From NCBI RefSeq assembly GCF_009914755.1, contig NC_060931.1: DNA of 64,000 nucleotides; one strand, written 5' to 3'. The stretch is from the human T2T-CHM13v2.0 reference genome, Homo sapiens. Positions within the stretch are counted from its first letter, which is position 1. Each line of letters starts with the position of its first letter. The notes beneath the pieces were generated by a model. The model ran no database searches, was not told the origin of the DNA, and was given only the letters and a program-made list of their open reading frames with translations. Position numbers and translations under genes: made by a program. This document shows, piece after piece, positions 52,133 through 63,732 of the stretch.

Positions 52133-52320
52133 TACCTGGGTATGTTCCAAGCGGGACTGCTGGATCATATGGTAGTTCTATTTTAAGTTTTTTTTGAGGT
52201 ACTTCCATACTGCTTTCCATAAGGTTTGTACCAATTTATATTTCCACCAACAGTGCACAACCTTTTTCTCCAATTCTTGCCAACACTTTTTATCTCTTCT
52301 CTTTTTCATAATGGTCACAA
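52133..52320 (-). mobile_element. L1 fragment (ORF2 C-terminal region)
   Basis: gctggatcatatggtagttctattttaag...ttccaccaacagtgcac. Confidence 0.75.
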
Positions 52321-52523
52321 CCATGGTTATAATCCTGCAGTAGTCCTTATAAGTTCTGAAATATGTTCTTTTCTCTTTAGCGAAGTAGAATTTCTGAATA
52401 TTCTGATTTGCTTATTGGAATAAGTAGGAAGGTTTTTTTAACCTCCTAAATTAAGTGGCTTCAGATTTTGCCTTGAAGAGAAAACTAGCAGTGTGTCTCA
52501 CTCAGTTCACTGCTTTTTACTAG

Positions 52524-52603
52524 TTATGTTGGTGCGAAAGTAACTGCGGTTTTTGCCATTGCTTTTAGTGGCAAAAACCGTAATAACTTTTGCAACAACC
52601 TAA
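52524..52603. mobile_element. MADE1 (Hsmar1-derived MITE), 80-bp palindrome
   Basis: ttatgttggtgcgaaagtaactgcggtttttgccatt-gctttt-agtggcaaaaaccgtaataacttttgcaacaacctaa, followed by TA. Confidence 0.93.
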
Positions 52604-52909
52604 TATTATCTTGTCTTTGAAGTCTCTAATTTTTTCTGTCTAATCCCTTGAGACCAACAGAAGTTCTGCTTGTTTTTTCTGTATTCTTCAACTGCATCTC
52701 TGTGAACTAGCAAATTCTGAATTCAAACCTACTTACCCTGTGCCCAGAATGTTGGTTGTTGACTGACAGCTAACATCTCTGTATTTTCCCCTCTCTCAAA
52801 TGTTGTAACTCCTAGTACAGTTTCTTTAGCATCTCCCTGGCATGACTTAAAGAAACAAAATTAGAAATAAAAAGCAAAAACGAAAAAATCCAACTGAGAA
52901 ACATAACAG

Positions 52910-53326
52910 TTTTTCTTTTTCTTTTTTTTTTTTTTATTATACTTTAGGTTTTAGGGTACATGTGCACATTGTGCAGGTTAGTTACATATGTATACATGTG
53001 CCATGCTGGTGCACTGCACCCACTAAATCGTCATCTAGCATTAGGTATATCTCCCAATGCTATCCCTCACCCCTCCCCCCACCCCACCACAGTCCCCACA
53101 GTGTGATATTCCCCTTCCTGTGTCCATGTGATCTCATTGCTCAATTCCCACCTATGAGTGAGAATATGCGGTGTTTGGTTTTTTGTTCTTGCGATAGTTT
53201 ACTGAGAATGATGATTTCCAATTTCATCCATGTCCCTACAAAGGACACGAACTCATCATTTTTTATGGCTGCATAGTATTCCATGGTGTATATGTGCCAC
53301 ATTTTCTTAATCCAGTCTATCATTGT
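52910..53326 (-). mobile_element. Young 5'-truncated L1PA2-type 3' end
   Basis: ggttagttacatatgtatacatgtgccatgctgg, gtcatctagcattaggtatatctcc, gatgatttccaatttc. Lacks the L1HS-Ta ACA (has GAT). ORF 53141-53323 is the ORF2p C-terminus (DWIKKMWHIYTMEYYAAIKNDEF...SLIGGN). Confidence 0.92.
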
Positions 53327-53481
53327 CTTGGATTTTGCCCAGATATATAGTTGTTTTCTTCACTATTAATACCAACGGACTTGACACCATTTACATAGTG
53401 TCTGACAACACTCCACCATACTCATAAGCAAAAGTTAACACTGACATCTTTTTAATTTTATTTTAAGGAAAATAACTTCTC

Positions 53482-53784
53482 AGCCAAGTGCAGTGGCTCA
53501 TGCCTGTAATCTCAACATTTTGGGAGGCTGAGGTGGGTGGATTACCTGAGGTCAGGAGTTCTAGATCATTCTGGCCAACATGATGAAACCCCATCTCTAC
53601 TAAAATTACAAAAATTAGCTGAGCGCAGTTGCACGTACCTGTAGTCCCAGCTAGTCAGGAGGCTGAGGCAGGAGAATCACTTTAACCCATGAGGCTGAGC
53701 TTGCAGTAAGCCGAGATCGTGCCACTGCACCTAAGCCTGGGCGACAAAGCAAGACTCTGACTCAAAAAAATAAAAATAAAAAAA
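53482..53784 (+). mobile_element. AluS-type SINE
   Basis: Full dimer with gattacctgaggtcaggagttc and an A-rich tail. Confidence 0.93.
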
Positions 53785-55217
53785 CCCTCCTATACTAAAT
53801 TTGTTCTATAATCATTATAATTTTCATATAAAATAAAGGTAAGGAAGGGGGAGAAAGGCAAATTAAGTAAAGATTTATTTGCTCTTGAGTTTATTCTGAC
53901 CTCTGAATGTGGAATTGCCTGAGAGTTAAAATGTATGAGTCAATATTTACTCATTTAATTCATATTAATTGAACACATTTGTAGTTAGGTAAAAAGTCAT
54001 AGACCTGGAACTTACAGAGTTAATTTGTCTAGTGCAAGGTAACATTATATTACAATTATATCACGCAGCATCATGTTATGTTCATCATATTATATAAATG
54101 TATGTCATAGAATAGAAATCTAGGGAAATCAACTGAGATAACTAGGGCTGATGATTTAATGTCCCTTTATATAAATGTGTATTTTATTTATATTATAATC
54201 ATGTATTTGTCCTTCAAACTAGTGGTTCTGGTTGCTATTATTATGCACCATATCTGTGACTGTGATAAAATACACAGTGACCAGCTGCCCCTTCTGTTCT
54301 GACATCCTTGTGAGCTATTTGACAAATTATTACTTTGGACTCTGCCAATAGAGATTTTCTCTGTCCTCAGGAAGGCTGCTACTTACCCTTGCGGCAAACC
54401 ATGTTTTTCTTCAAATTGAGTCATTCTTCTGCCGTTTGTTTTCTTCTATCTTAGCCTCCTGCTGCTTCTCCCTGCCATTGACATAGATGGCACATTGCTT
54501 CAATTATGCTTTGTGCATCTTTGAATTAGTCTTGCCTGCTTTTTGTACAATTTCCCTTTTTTCAGGTCACTCTACTATCTCAGATTTAACATGTAGGTAA
54601 AATTCTTTAGGGAGTGAAAAGCCCAGTATGGGAGAGTCATGGGGAATGTGGGTTTTCCCTCTACAGTGAATTCCTGAAGACTTTGTTCTTCTATTTTCAA
54701 ATGTAGCTCCTGTGAGAGGAAAATGAAACCTTTCCTCAGAATAGGTGAAGAGAAGCGTTGGGTCACAAAAGAAACATTTCCAAATAAATAAATTATACAT
54801 GCTTTTAATAATCTGAGTAAAATATTAGCAACTCTGATCATAACCATGACTTCCCCAAGGAAATGTCAAAGTAACTATCGTTTTTCATGTGCTCACTGAG
54901 CACCCACAAAGCATGATCCCATCCAAGGGTTATCTACTTCATCCTGTCCAATGGATCAAATTCTCATTATGACAGCTTAAATAATAGCAGACAAAAAAAG
55001 AAATCATATTTATTGACACAGTTCCCTGAAAATGGTGATGCTTTCAGAATTTGAACAGAAAGATAAGATTTATCTAGCATAGAGGCCTGTGTGCAAAGTG
55101 ATACAAACAGGGAAGGAGTACAGTATACTCGAGGCACTGGAAAGAAGGAAAAGAAAAACTGTATTTTAATATTTTAATACAAGAAGGTCTCTATCAGTCA
55201 ATTTCTTAATTTCTTTT

Positions 55218-55304
55218 ATATATATATTTTTATCATACTTCAGGTTCTAGGGTACATGTGCACAACGTGCAGGTTTGTTACATATGTGTACATGTGCCAT
55301 GTTG
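55218..55304 (-). mobile_element. Tiny L1PA (PA4/5-like) 3' tip inserted in an Alu tail
   Basis: ttctagggtacatgtgcacaacgtgcaggtttgttacatatgtgtacatgtgccatgttg; TSD atttctttt at 55209-55217 and 55305-55313. Confidence 0.85.
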
Positions 55305-55595
55305 ATTTCTTTTTTTTTTTTTTTTGAGACCGGGTCTCATTCTGTCACCCAAGCTAGGAGGTTGAGGTGTGGTGGCATGATCTTGGCTCCCTTCAACCTC
55401 CACAGCCTGGGCTTGAGAGATTCCCCCCACCTCAGCCTTCCTAGTAACTGCCACCATGCCTATTTTTGTATTTTTTAGTAGTCATGTGTTTTCGCCACGT
55501 TGCCAGGCTGGTCTCTGTCACTTGAGCTCAAGGGATGCAGTTGCCTTGGCCTCCCAAAGTGCTGAGATTACAGGAATGAGACACTGTGCCCAGCT
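55305..55595 (-). mobile_element. AluJ-type SINE
   Basis: T tail, gagaccgggtctcattctgtcaccc..., gagctcaag, ggcctcccaaagtgctgagattacagg; TSD tctat(ca/tg)gtcaatttct at 55190-55206 and 55596-55612. Confidence 0.9.
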
Positions 55596-56682
55596 TCTAT
55601 TGGTCAATTTCTATGTTTCAGCCTTTCCCTTTGCCCCCATTATGTTCTACAAATGCTGGACTCCTGCTGTAGATGTGGAAATGAGACATTTTCTAATTAT
55701 TCCATTTTCTTTCTTATCTCAATGCCCTTTGTTTCTGTTTTTGTTTGTTTTTCTTTTTTGTTGTTGTTTCTCTTCTGCGTTTTCTTTGCCATATTTAGTT
55801 GTCAGTGTTTTACAATAAAGAAGAGGCATATTAAATCCTCTTTGTGTGGAAAGAAATGTAATAGATTCTCTAGTCTGTCACACTTCATATATTATTATGC
55901 CATCAAAAACCTGTAAGCATGATAATAAAATAAAAACCCAAGGCAACAGTAGCTGCCAGTGGGTTTTACAGATTAATCACTATATGCCGTAAATAATATG
56001 GATTTCAATGGACTCTGAAGAAGATTTTTTGAGTTAAAGCATATGGGCTACAGAAGCTTCTTAAAATATTTAGGAATTAGGATAGCCACTTGTGACATTA
56101 CTGAAGTAGGGTGAAAAGTGAGGCAGAAACATCATATGGCCCTCAATTTCCACTTTAGCCCCTTTCTTTAGTTATACCCATCACTTTGACTTTAGCATTT
56201 ATAGGAAGTTTTAGGTAATATAAGTTAGTAATTTAAAAGCTGTCCTTCAGAAATGTATTAGTTGGCATACCACTCCCTTGAAACACTCCTAAAAAAAAAA
56301 AATGGAAATGTAAACATTTTAGAAATTCTGCATGAAATGGTCTCCACCTGAAAATAAATTAACATGTTCTAATATATCCTATTACCTCTAGTGAATATTT
56401 TTGCTTAACTCTCCAATCAGTATTTCCAAATTTATTTGACCCCAAAAATTATTTATTTTGTTCCGTAACACTCCTTAACACTCTTGTATTTTATCTCAGA
56501 TGTTTTCTTCTAACATAACATTTCTTAACATCTCAAGGAATTGGGGTTCTGCCAAACACCTTAAAGTAATTGTTGTGCCAAAACAGATACATGAATGACT
56601 GATTAAAACAGTGCTCATTAACTCTTATCTCTCTAGTTTCTCTTTTATACTATTTTCAGAGTTGCTTTCTAAAACATATTTT

Positions 56683-56980
56683 GGCTGGGTGCAGTGACTC
56701 CCAGCACTTTGAGAGGCCAAGGCCAAAGGGTCACTTGGGGCCAGGAGTTCAAGGTCAGCCTAGGTAAAATAGCAAGTGCCCATCTCTCCAATTTTTTTTT
56801 AATTTTTTTTTTTAATTTTTAAATAATTAACTGGGCGAGGCTGAGGTAGGAAGATCACTTGAGCCCAAGAATTCAAGGCTGCAGTGAGCTATGATCATGA
56901 TCATGCCACTACACTCCAGCCTGGGTGATAGAGGGAGAACTTGTCTCTAAAAAATAAATAAATAAAAATAAAATTAAATA
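56683..56980 (+). mobile_element. AluJo-type SINE with internal deletions and a T-rich linker
   Basis: gatcacttgagcccaagaattcaaggctgcagtgagctatgat; TSD taaaacatatt on both sides. Confidence 0.9.
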
Positions 56981-57113
56981 AAACATATTATAATCTTCTG
57001 GAAAAAAGTCAAAAGGACACATTTTGTCTATGTATAAATATATGTATATTTTATTAAATATTTATATATGTGATAATAGTTGCTATGTTCTATATTCAAT
57101 ATGCATTTTCATA

Positions 57114-57404
57114 TTTTTTTTTGAGATGGAGTTTCACTCTTGTTGCTCAGGCTGGAACGCAGTGGCGTGATCTCAGCTCACTGCAACCTTCACCTCCAGG
57201 TTCAAGCGATTCTCCTGTCTTAGCCTCACGTGTAGCTGGGATAACAAGCTCCTGCCACCACGTCCCGCTAATTTTTGTATTTTTAGTAGAGACAGGGTTT
57301 CACCATGTTGGCCAGGCTGGGCTGGAACTCCTGACTTCAGGTGATCCGCCTGCCTCTGCCTCCCAAAGTGTTGAGATTACAGGCTTAAGCTACTGTGCCC
57401 GGCT
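57114..57404 (-). mobile_element. AluS-type SINE
   Basis: gagatggagtttcactcttgttgctcagg...cctgacttcaggtgatccgcctgcc...; imperfect TSD tgcattttcatatttt / tgcatttttatacttt. Confidence 0.95.
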
Positions 57405-60400
57405 GCATTTTTATACTTTGCATTCTTAAATTTCCCTTACTTTCAATCAGAATGAATCATTTCTTCAAAGCAGTATCCAAGTTGCATCTTATCCTCCTAA
57501 GCTATGCTATTTTAATCTTTCTAATATCATCCCATTTTTTTCTCCAGTCAAAATCATATTCATCTGTCATATATTTACATGTTAATACTGTATTTGACTT
57601 AAATTTAACATCCTCTATAAGTTTTGTAGGAAAGTAAATTATGCACTTAGTTTTCTTATGTGTTCCCAGAGGTCATGTGTTGTATCTCAACTACAAAATG
57701 TATTTAAATCCAAGTTGTACTATAATTGAATTATAACATTTATGTGTCTCTCAAATTTTAATGCAGTGTTTTAATCATGCAATGACTCAAATGCTGAAAG
57801 TTGATATTTTCAACAAACTTTCCTCGTTATTTTTCCTTTGGGTGTTTTTGTTGTCAATATCTAAAGCACATGTTGGAATACTTTATTTCTTTTATATGAA
57901 TATTTAAAGGCAAAATTCAAGTCAGCAACATTAATTAATATCATTTAGTGCCTGAAACAGGGCCAGGCAAATACCAGGCTTAATAAATACTTTTCAGGTG
58001 GAAAGGATTCAAGCATCTGTTTTTCCAAGTTGTTGATATTTGTTCCACTTGATAACCTTTCCTTTTTAGCTCTTCGGTTTTTTTTTAAGTTATTATATCT
58101 GTTGAAACATTTCCACGGGAATCTTTAGAAGACTTTTACAGATGCACTATTAGCAGGCTGGACTACACAGGGAGTCTAGGAGTCCAGCTTCATTCAATAG
58201 TATTTGAGTAACTAAACTTGATAGAGCAGCAAGGGAACAGATGCATTTTTACTAGAAGTGAAGACTTGTGTTCTTGTAGAATTCCGATATATAAGAATGC
58301 CACTTGTTGGCCCATAAGAAAATAGAAAATTATGCTCTGTGTATGTCTAGCTAAGCTAAATATGTTTACAAAAATAACTTTTCTGTCACATTCCATTATA
58401 TGGGTGAACAGTCAAACAGGTAGGAAGAGAATAAAATGCTCACATATTTTAGAATTTTATACTCAAGATCTCTTCCCTCACACACACAAAATGAAAATAT
58501 AAGATGAATAATTGAAAAATTTAAGGAACTTCTGGGCATATTTTTCATTGCTATATTTATTTCTCACATATTACCAGTTTTTATGTTTACTTAGTTCCAG
58601 ATTCCATGAAGTAGGACTGCTTCAGTTTGTATTATCAGAGCTCTTTTACATTTAGAGTTGTTCATTTTCTAGTATGAGCACATTGCGGATCCATTTTGCA
58701 TATGGAGTCTGAATTATTTAGAGACCACCAGTGACTTTCATTTTTCTTTGAACTTAGAAAATCATTTTCTGCCCTGTTATGGAGAAACATATCAAAATAT
58801 TTGTTGACTTTTCTGTGCTATCCTGAGCACTTCATTTTTTTCCTGGAAAAAAAAAGAGAGACAGTATTGTGAATATTATACCATCCAAAATAGTTTAGAG
58901 TCAAGTTAAATGCATATTAATTTCTTCTATATCTTGGGTTTTCATTTTATGCCATGTGTGGTGGAGAGCTGTGTAACGAAGTTGGTTGAGAGGGTCTTTG
59001 CCTTTCAAAATGCCAAGTATAGAATTCTTCTCTACATGCTATAGCTACTATGTAGTGGTGCATTTCTCTAGTTTTCAGATATTGAAATAATATGCAACCA
59101 TCCTGAAAGGTGATGCTTTTTTTAGTTTTCATGTTTTGGTTGGCAAATGAGTTACTATTATTCTACATGATTGAAAGTTCTAGAAAGTCATTTTAAAATT
59201 GACAAGTATATGTGTTTATATAAAGAGACACCTTCATAAAGTCCATTGAATATTTTCTGGCTCAGAATCAGGGATGGGGAGTCTCGACAAGAATTCCTGT
59301 TTAATTAGCAGTGCTCAGTCAATACCCACCAAATATACCACCTCATCTTCTTTATTTCTGGCTTACTCTTTTTTTCAATAACCTACATTCTTTTCCCCCT
59401 CCATCCTAGTTTGGGGGGCGGGGGGCGGTACTTGTCCATTATATGTTTGCATGGAGATACATAATATGCTTTCCTCTTTTTAAATATTTTTCCTGTTTCT
59501 GTGTTATCATCTCTCAGGGAGTCAAAAGTAACTACCATGTGAAATACCACTAATTACTATAGAAATAGGGAAAGACAGAAAAAAAATGTGCATTAACTCT
59601 TCAAGGCTATACTCCAGTGATTTTATATGTCATTTATGTTCATCTTTCATTAGCTATAAGAGTGAAATGCAATTTTAGTTTATATCAAGGAGGAAGAGAA
59701 ATAGAAATGCTATAGATCAGTACTAAAGACTACCACAAGGCATTAGTTTAATCCAGTTGCAGTTTCCAATTTATTTTAAATTTTTAATGAGAGGAGATTA
59801 AGTTAAAAATTTTAATTCTAAAGCCTCAATCTAACAAAAATGTTATAAAAAACCCAGAGCCATAATTCAGCTTACTACAAAAAATAACTCATGTCCTATG
59901 TGATATCCAATAATTGTCACAATAATGTGACTTCAGATGGCAGGAAGGAATGTGCATGTACCACACCATCTAAGAGCTAGGGGGCATTTTAGAGTGAATT
60001 GGATGAATTATCTGTCTTATCTCTTACTTTGAGGTGCTATGAATTATTCACTCTAGCACAATTGGACTCTGAAAATGTAAACCATTTTTGCTTCTTATTG
60101 GCAGAGTTAAAATTAGATTTCCCATTTTTCAAGGAATAATTTGCCTACAGTTAATACGTACTCAGTACAGTAGGCAAAATTCCAGAAAGGATTTAAAATG
60201 CATGGGTGTCTGCTTTGTGTTTGTGTAGTTCAGATGTTACCCATAGACTCAGAAAGAGTTTAAATGGGATTTAGGTTCTCCTTCTCTGGCTCTCTTCTTT
60301 CTAAAATTTAGCCCCTTAACTTCCAGTAGATGTGGGCATGGATTCCCTGGACATTTTCCTATGATATTTCTTTTAAGCTAGCAAGTGTGTTTTTATATAG

Positions 60401-60597
60401 AATTTCAGTCATCTGCAGAGTGTAGACCATCATTCCATAGGGTGAGAAGCCATAAGAAATAGGGTATTGATCTTATAATGTTTCCTTCTTTAAAGTGTTA
60501 AATTCCCTCTGCTATCTGCCCACATTCCTAAATTATCCAGAAACTCTGCATGGGAATTAGTCTGATAGGGGCTACACAGGCCTACCTGAAGCAGACA

Positions 60598-61385
60598 TCT
60601 TTTTGCTTTCAACTTTATTAAGGTATAACTAACAAAATTGTATGTTTTTGGAGTGTATAAAGTATAAAATGTATACATTGTGAAATAATTAAGCTAATTA
60701 TCACATCCTCACGTATTTAATGCGAGTATGTGTGTGTGTGATAGCATTTAAGATCTATTCTCTTAGTAAATTTCAAGTATATAATAGTATTATTAACTAT
60801 GGTAACTATTATGAAGATTAGATCCTCTTAAGATATTCATCTTATAAATGAAAGTTTGTACCCTTTAACCAACATCATCTCATCTCTACTACCTCCCAAA
60901 CCCTCGCAACTGCAATTACTCTGTTTCTATAGTTTCCACCTCTTAAGATAACTTGTGTAAGTGAGAACATACAGTATTTGTCATTTTTGTGACTTACTTT
61001 ACTTTGTATGATGTCTTTAAGGTTCTTACATGTGTCAAAAATGGCAGAATTTTCTTCTATTTTATGGATGATAATATTCCATTGTATACATCTATGCCAC
61101 ATTTTCTTTAGCCAGTCATCTCTCAATAGATACTCAGGTTGTTGCCATGTCTTGATTATTGTAAATAATGCTGCAGTGAACATGGGAGTACAGATATCTC
61201 TTCAACATACTGATTTTAATTTCTTTGGATATATACCCAGGAGTCAGATTGCTAGAACATTTGATACTTATTTTTAAATTTTTTGAAGAGACTGTTTTCT
61301 ATCAAGGCTATAGAAATTTACATTCTCAGTAACAGTAAATAAAAATTTCCCTTTCTCCGCATCCTCACCAACATTTATCTTTTAA
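60598..61385 (-). mobile_element. L1MA9/10-type 3' fragment
   Basis: caactttattaaggtataactaacaaaattgtatg...; ORF 60875-61183 ([24 protein letters not shown]) is the ORF2p C-terminus. Confidence 0.85.
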
Positions 61386-61419
61386 AATTATGTAATTATT
61401 TTATTTTATTTTCATTTTA

Positions 61420-61545
61420 TTAATAAAGATATCTCTCATGCAGAATAATTCAAAATGATTTATTTATAATAGATATTTTACTCTCAAAGAGGTTGAGTGT
61501 AACTTCCTACTCCTTAAATTGAGTTATACCTAGTGACTTCAGAAG
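61420..61545 (+). mobile_element. L1MC/L1MD 3' UTR fragment
   Basis: actctcaaagaggttgagtgtaacttcctactccttaaattgagttatacctagtgacttc. Confidence 0.55.
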
Positions 61546-61579
61546 TCTAAGAAAAACTATATTATTTCTTTCTCTTTGT

Positions 61580-61735
61580 ATATTTATTTACTTATTTAAC
61601 TGACATATAAAATTATATTTATGTATTAGGTAGAACATGTTGTTTTGAAATAATGTATACATTGTGGAACAGCTCAATTGAACTATTAATAGCATATATG
61701 GTATCTCACATATCTTTTTTCAGCGAGAACAGTGT
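61580..61735 (-). mobile_element. L1MA 3' tip
   Basis: aacatgttgttttgaaataatgtatacattgtggaacagctcaattgaacta. Confidence 0.65.
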
Positions 61736-61834
61736 ATATTGTTATTCACTTTAAAATATGAAGGAAAGTAAGATAGCATAGTTCAAGAGGGAAGTCTTTG
61801 TTAGCTCAGAGTTGTTTAAAAAGATTCCTTGTTC

Positions 61835-62070
61835 CATGTCACCAACTATAGCCCATGGGTCAAACCTAGTCAGCCACACCTTCATGAATGGCTTTTGAGC
61901 TATGAATTGTTTTCACAATTTTGAATAGTTGTACAAAATTCAAAAGTGGAATGATATTTTCTGACACATTAATGTTTTACAAAATTCATAAAATTGAGTG
62001 GTTGTGACAGAAACCACAAAGCTAACAGTTTCTATCTAGCCTGTTACAGAAAAAGAGTGCTGACTACTCT
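61835..62070. mobile_element. MER58(B)-like hAT-Charlie DNA transposon
   Basis: caactatagcccatgggtcaaacctag...ttgagtggttgtgacagaaacc...tatctagcctgttacagaaaaag. Confidence 0.7.
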
Positions 62071-62289
62071 AGAACATGGTGTAGCCCTGTATGAGCACCA
62101 AATAATTAGAAACCACTTGCTGTTTATCCCAGTCCTTTGCAGATCCTTCTTCCCCTCTGGTATTACTACTGGACCTGTCCCATGGCTTTGTGACTTACTT
62201 TACCTGGAAAGACTATGATACAGAGTGAAGTGTTATCTACTTCCAAAATGCGTAATATAATAGTGATACTATTTCCAGTAAACATAGTA

Positions 62290-62905
62290 ATATAGAGATT
62301 CTAATGTAGAAGAAGTCACAGTGATACCATTTTACCATCTATTTAGGAATATCCAGATGAAATAATCACTTTGGAAGACTATCTGTCAATATCTATGATA
62401 CTTATGCCAACTGAGTATCTACTGAAAACGATTCCACTCCTGGGTGTATGCCTCAAATTTATAAATTTATATTTCTACCAAAAGATATTTACAAGAAACT
62501 TCAGAGAACTTTGGTCATGGGGGACAAAATTTGGAATAAACCAAATGCCTATCAAAAATGGAATATATAAAGAATTTTTAAATGCAATACTACATGTGAA
62601 TAATAAGAAAAATACTACTGTTACAGCAAATACCATAATAAATAACAGAAGTCAAAAAATATGTCTATATGATGCAACTTATATAAAATTGTCAACAGAC
62701 AAAACTAATCTAAGATAATAGAAGTCCAAATAGTGGTTACTTATGGGAGAGTATGACTGGGAGGAATATTGGAAATATTCTCTATGTGGATATAATTAGT
62801 GCTGCTACGTACACACATGCATACACGTACATATGTGTGTATTTATTCTTTGGAATGTATACTTAACATTTGTGTATTTTACTGTTTGTATGTTGTCCCA
62901 AAATT
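62290..62905 (+). mobile_element. Degraded L1ME-type 3' region
   Basis: gattccactcctgggtgtatgcc; acagacaaaactaatctaagataatagaagtccaaatagtggttac. Confidence 0.7.
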
Positions 62906-62995
62906 TAAGAATGAAGGAAATTCAGGCAACCCAGTATAATTGAGTCTTTGTTAGTCCAGAGTTGTTTAAAAGTCTCTTTTGATAAAAACAAAAAC

Positions 62996-63086
62996 AAAAA
63001 AAACAGAAAACCTAAATAAACAAAAGATCATCCTTAGATATTTGGTTTCAGTCTCCCAAAAAAAGCATGTTTCAACATTGATTCAT
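62996..63086 (+). repeat. 91-bp direct repeat, copy 1 (copy 2 at 63816-63906)
   Basis: 4 mismatches over 91 bp, offset exactly 820. Confidence 0.95.
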
Positions 63087-63732
63087 TTTGTTTCATATTC
63101 TTTTACAGACAGAATTCTATGGAGAGACAGTAACTTTAGTCATTGGGCAAATCTGAGAACATACAGTGTAAAAAGTGTGTGCAGCTAGTATAGTGTCCCC
63201 AGGGGAAAAGGGTATATAAAAGAAGACTTGCTGAATGAATTGTATAGTCTTTTTATCTTCTGAAACCATGGAATAATTTTGACATGAAGACTAGAATATA
63301 ATTGCAAACGTAATTAGAAAAATGGTTTCAAGAACTGTTTGAAGAACCATTTCAAGTTCTTTGTTTTCAATTATCCTCAATTTTGGTTTTCCTATCTTCT
63401 AAAATGAAACACATCAGCAGCATTGCTAATAAGTATAATTCTTAGAAATCAGAAAAAATGGCAAAATACACTATCATGCGTGCCATTGCAATTAAAATAC
63501 TTTTCTTAATGAATGCTTATATGTTATAAGTGCTGTCTTTTCTCAAGGGATCCCTTATACAATAAAGTTCCTGTGCTCAGACAAATTCAGACATTTTGTT
63601 AGACATCATTTTGCTGACATTTACTGACATTTGACCCATAATGCTTCCCTTTAGGAGAAGATAGGATACAACCTGTGCTTGCTCTTCTGGAACCCTTTAT
63701 CCTCTAACTTAATTTAAGGGGTTTATTTGGAA

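Noticed and set aside
57070-57429. Alu-derived ORFs (also 3678, 5979, 47093, 47236, 55275)
   Set aside because: Typical Alu translations ([25 protein letters not shown]), not genes.
59413-59428. Tandem GC boxes ggggggcggggggcgg
   Set aside because: Isolated G-run with no CpG island or other promoter context.
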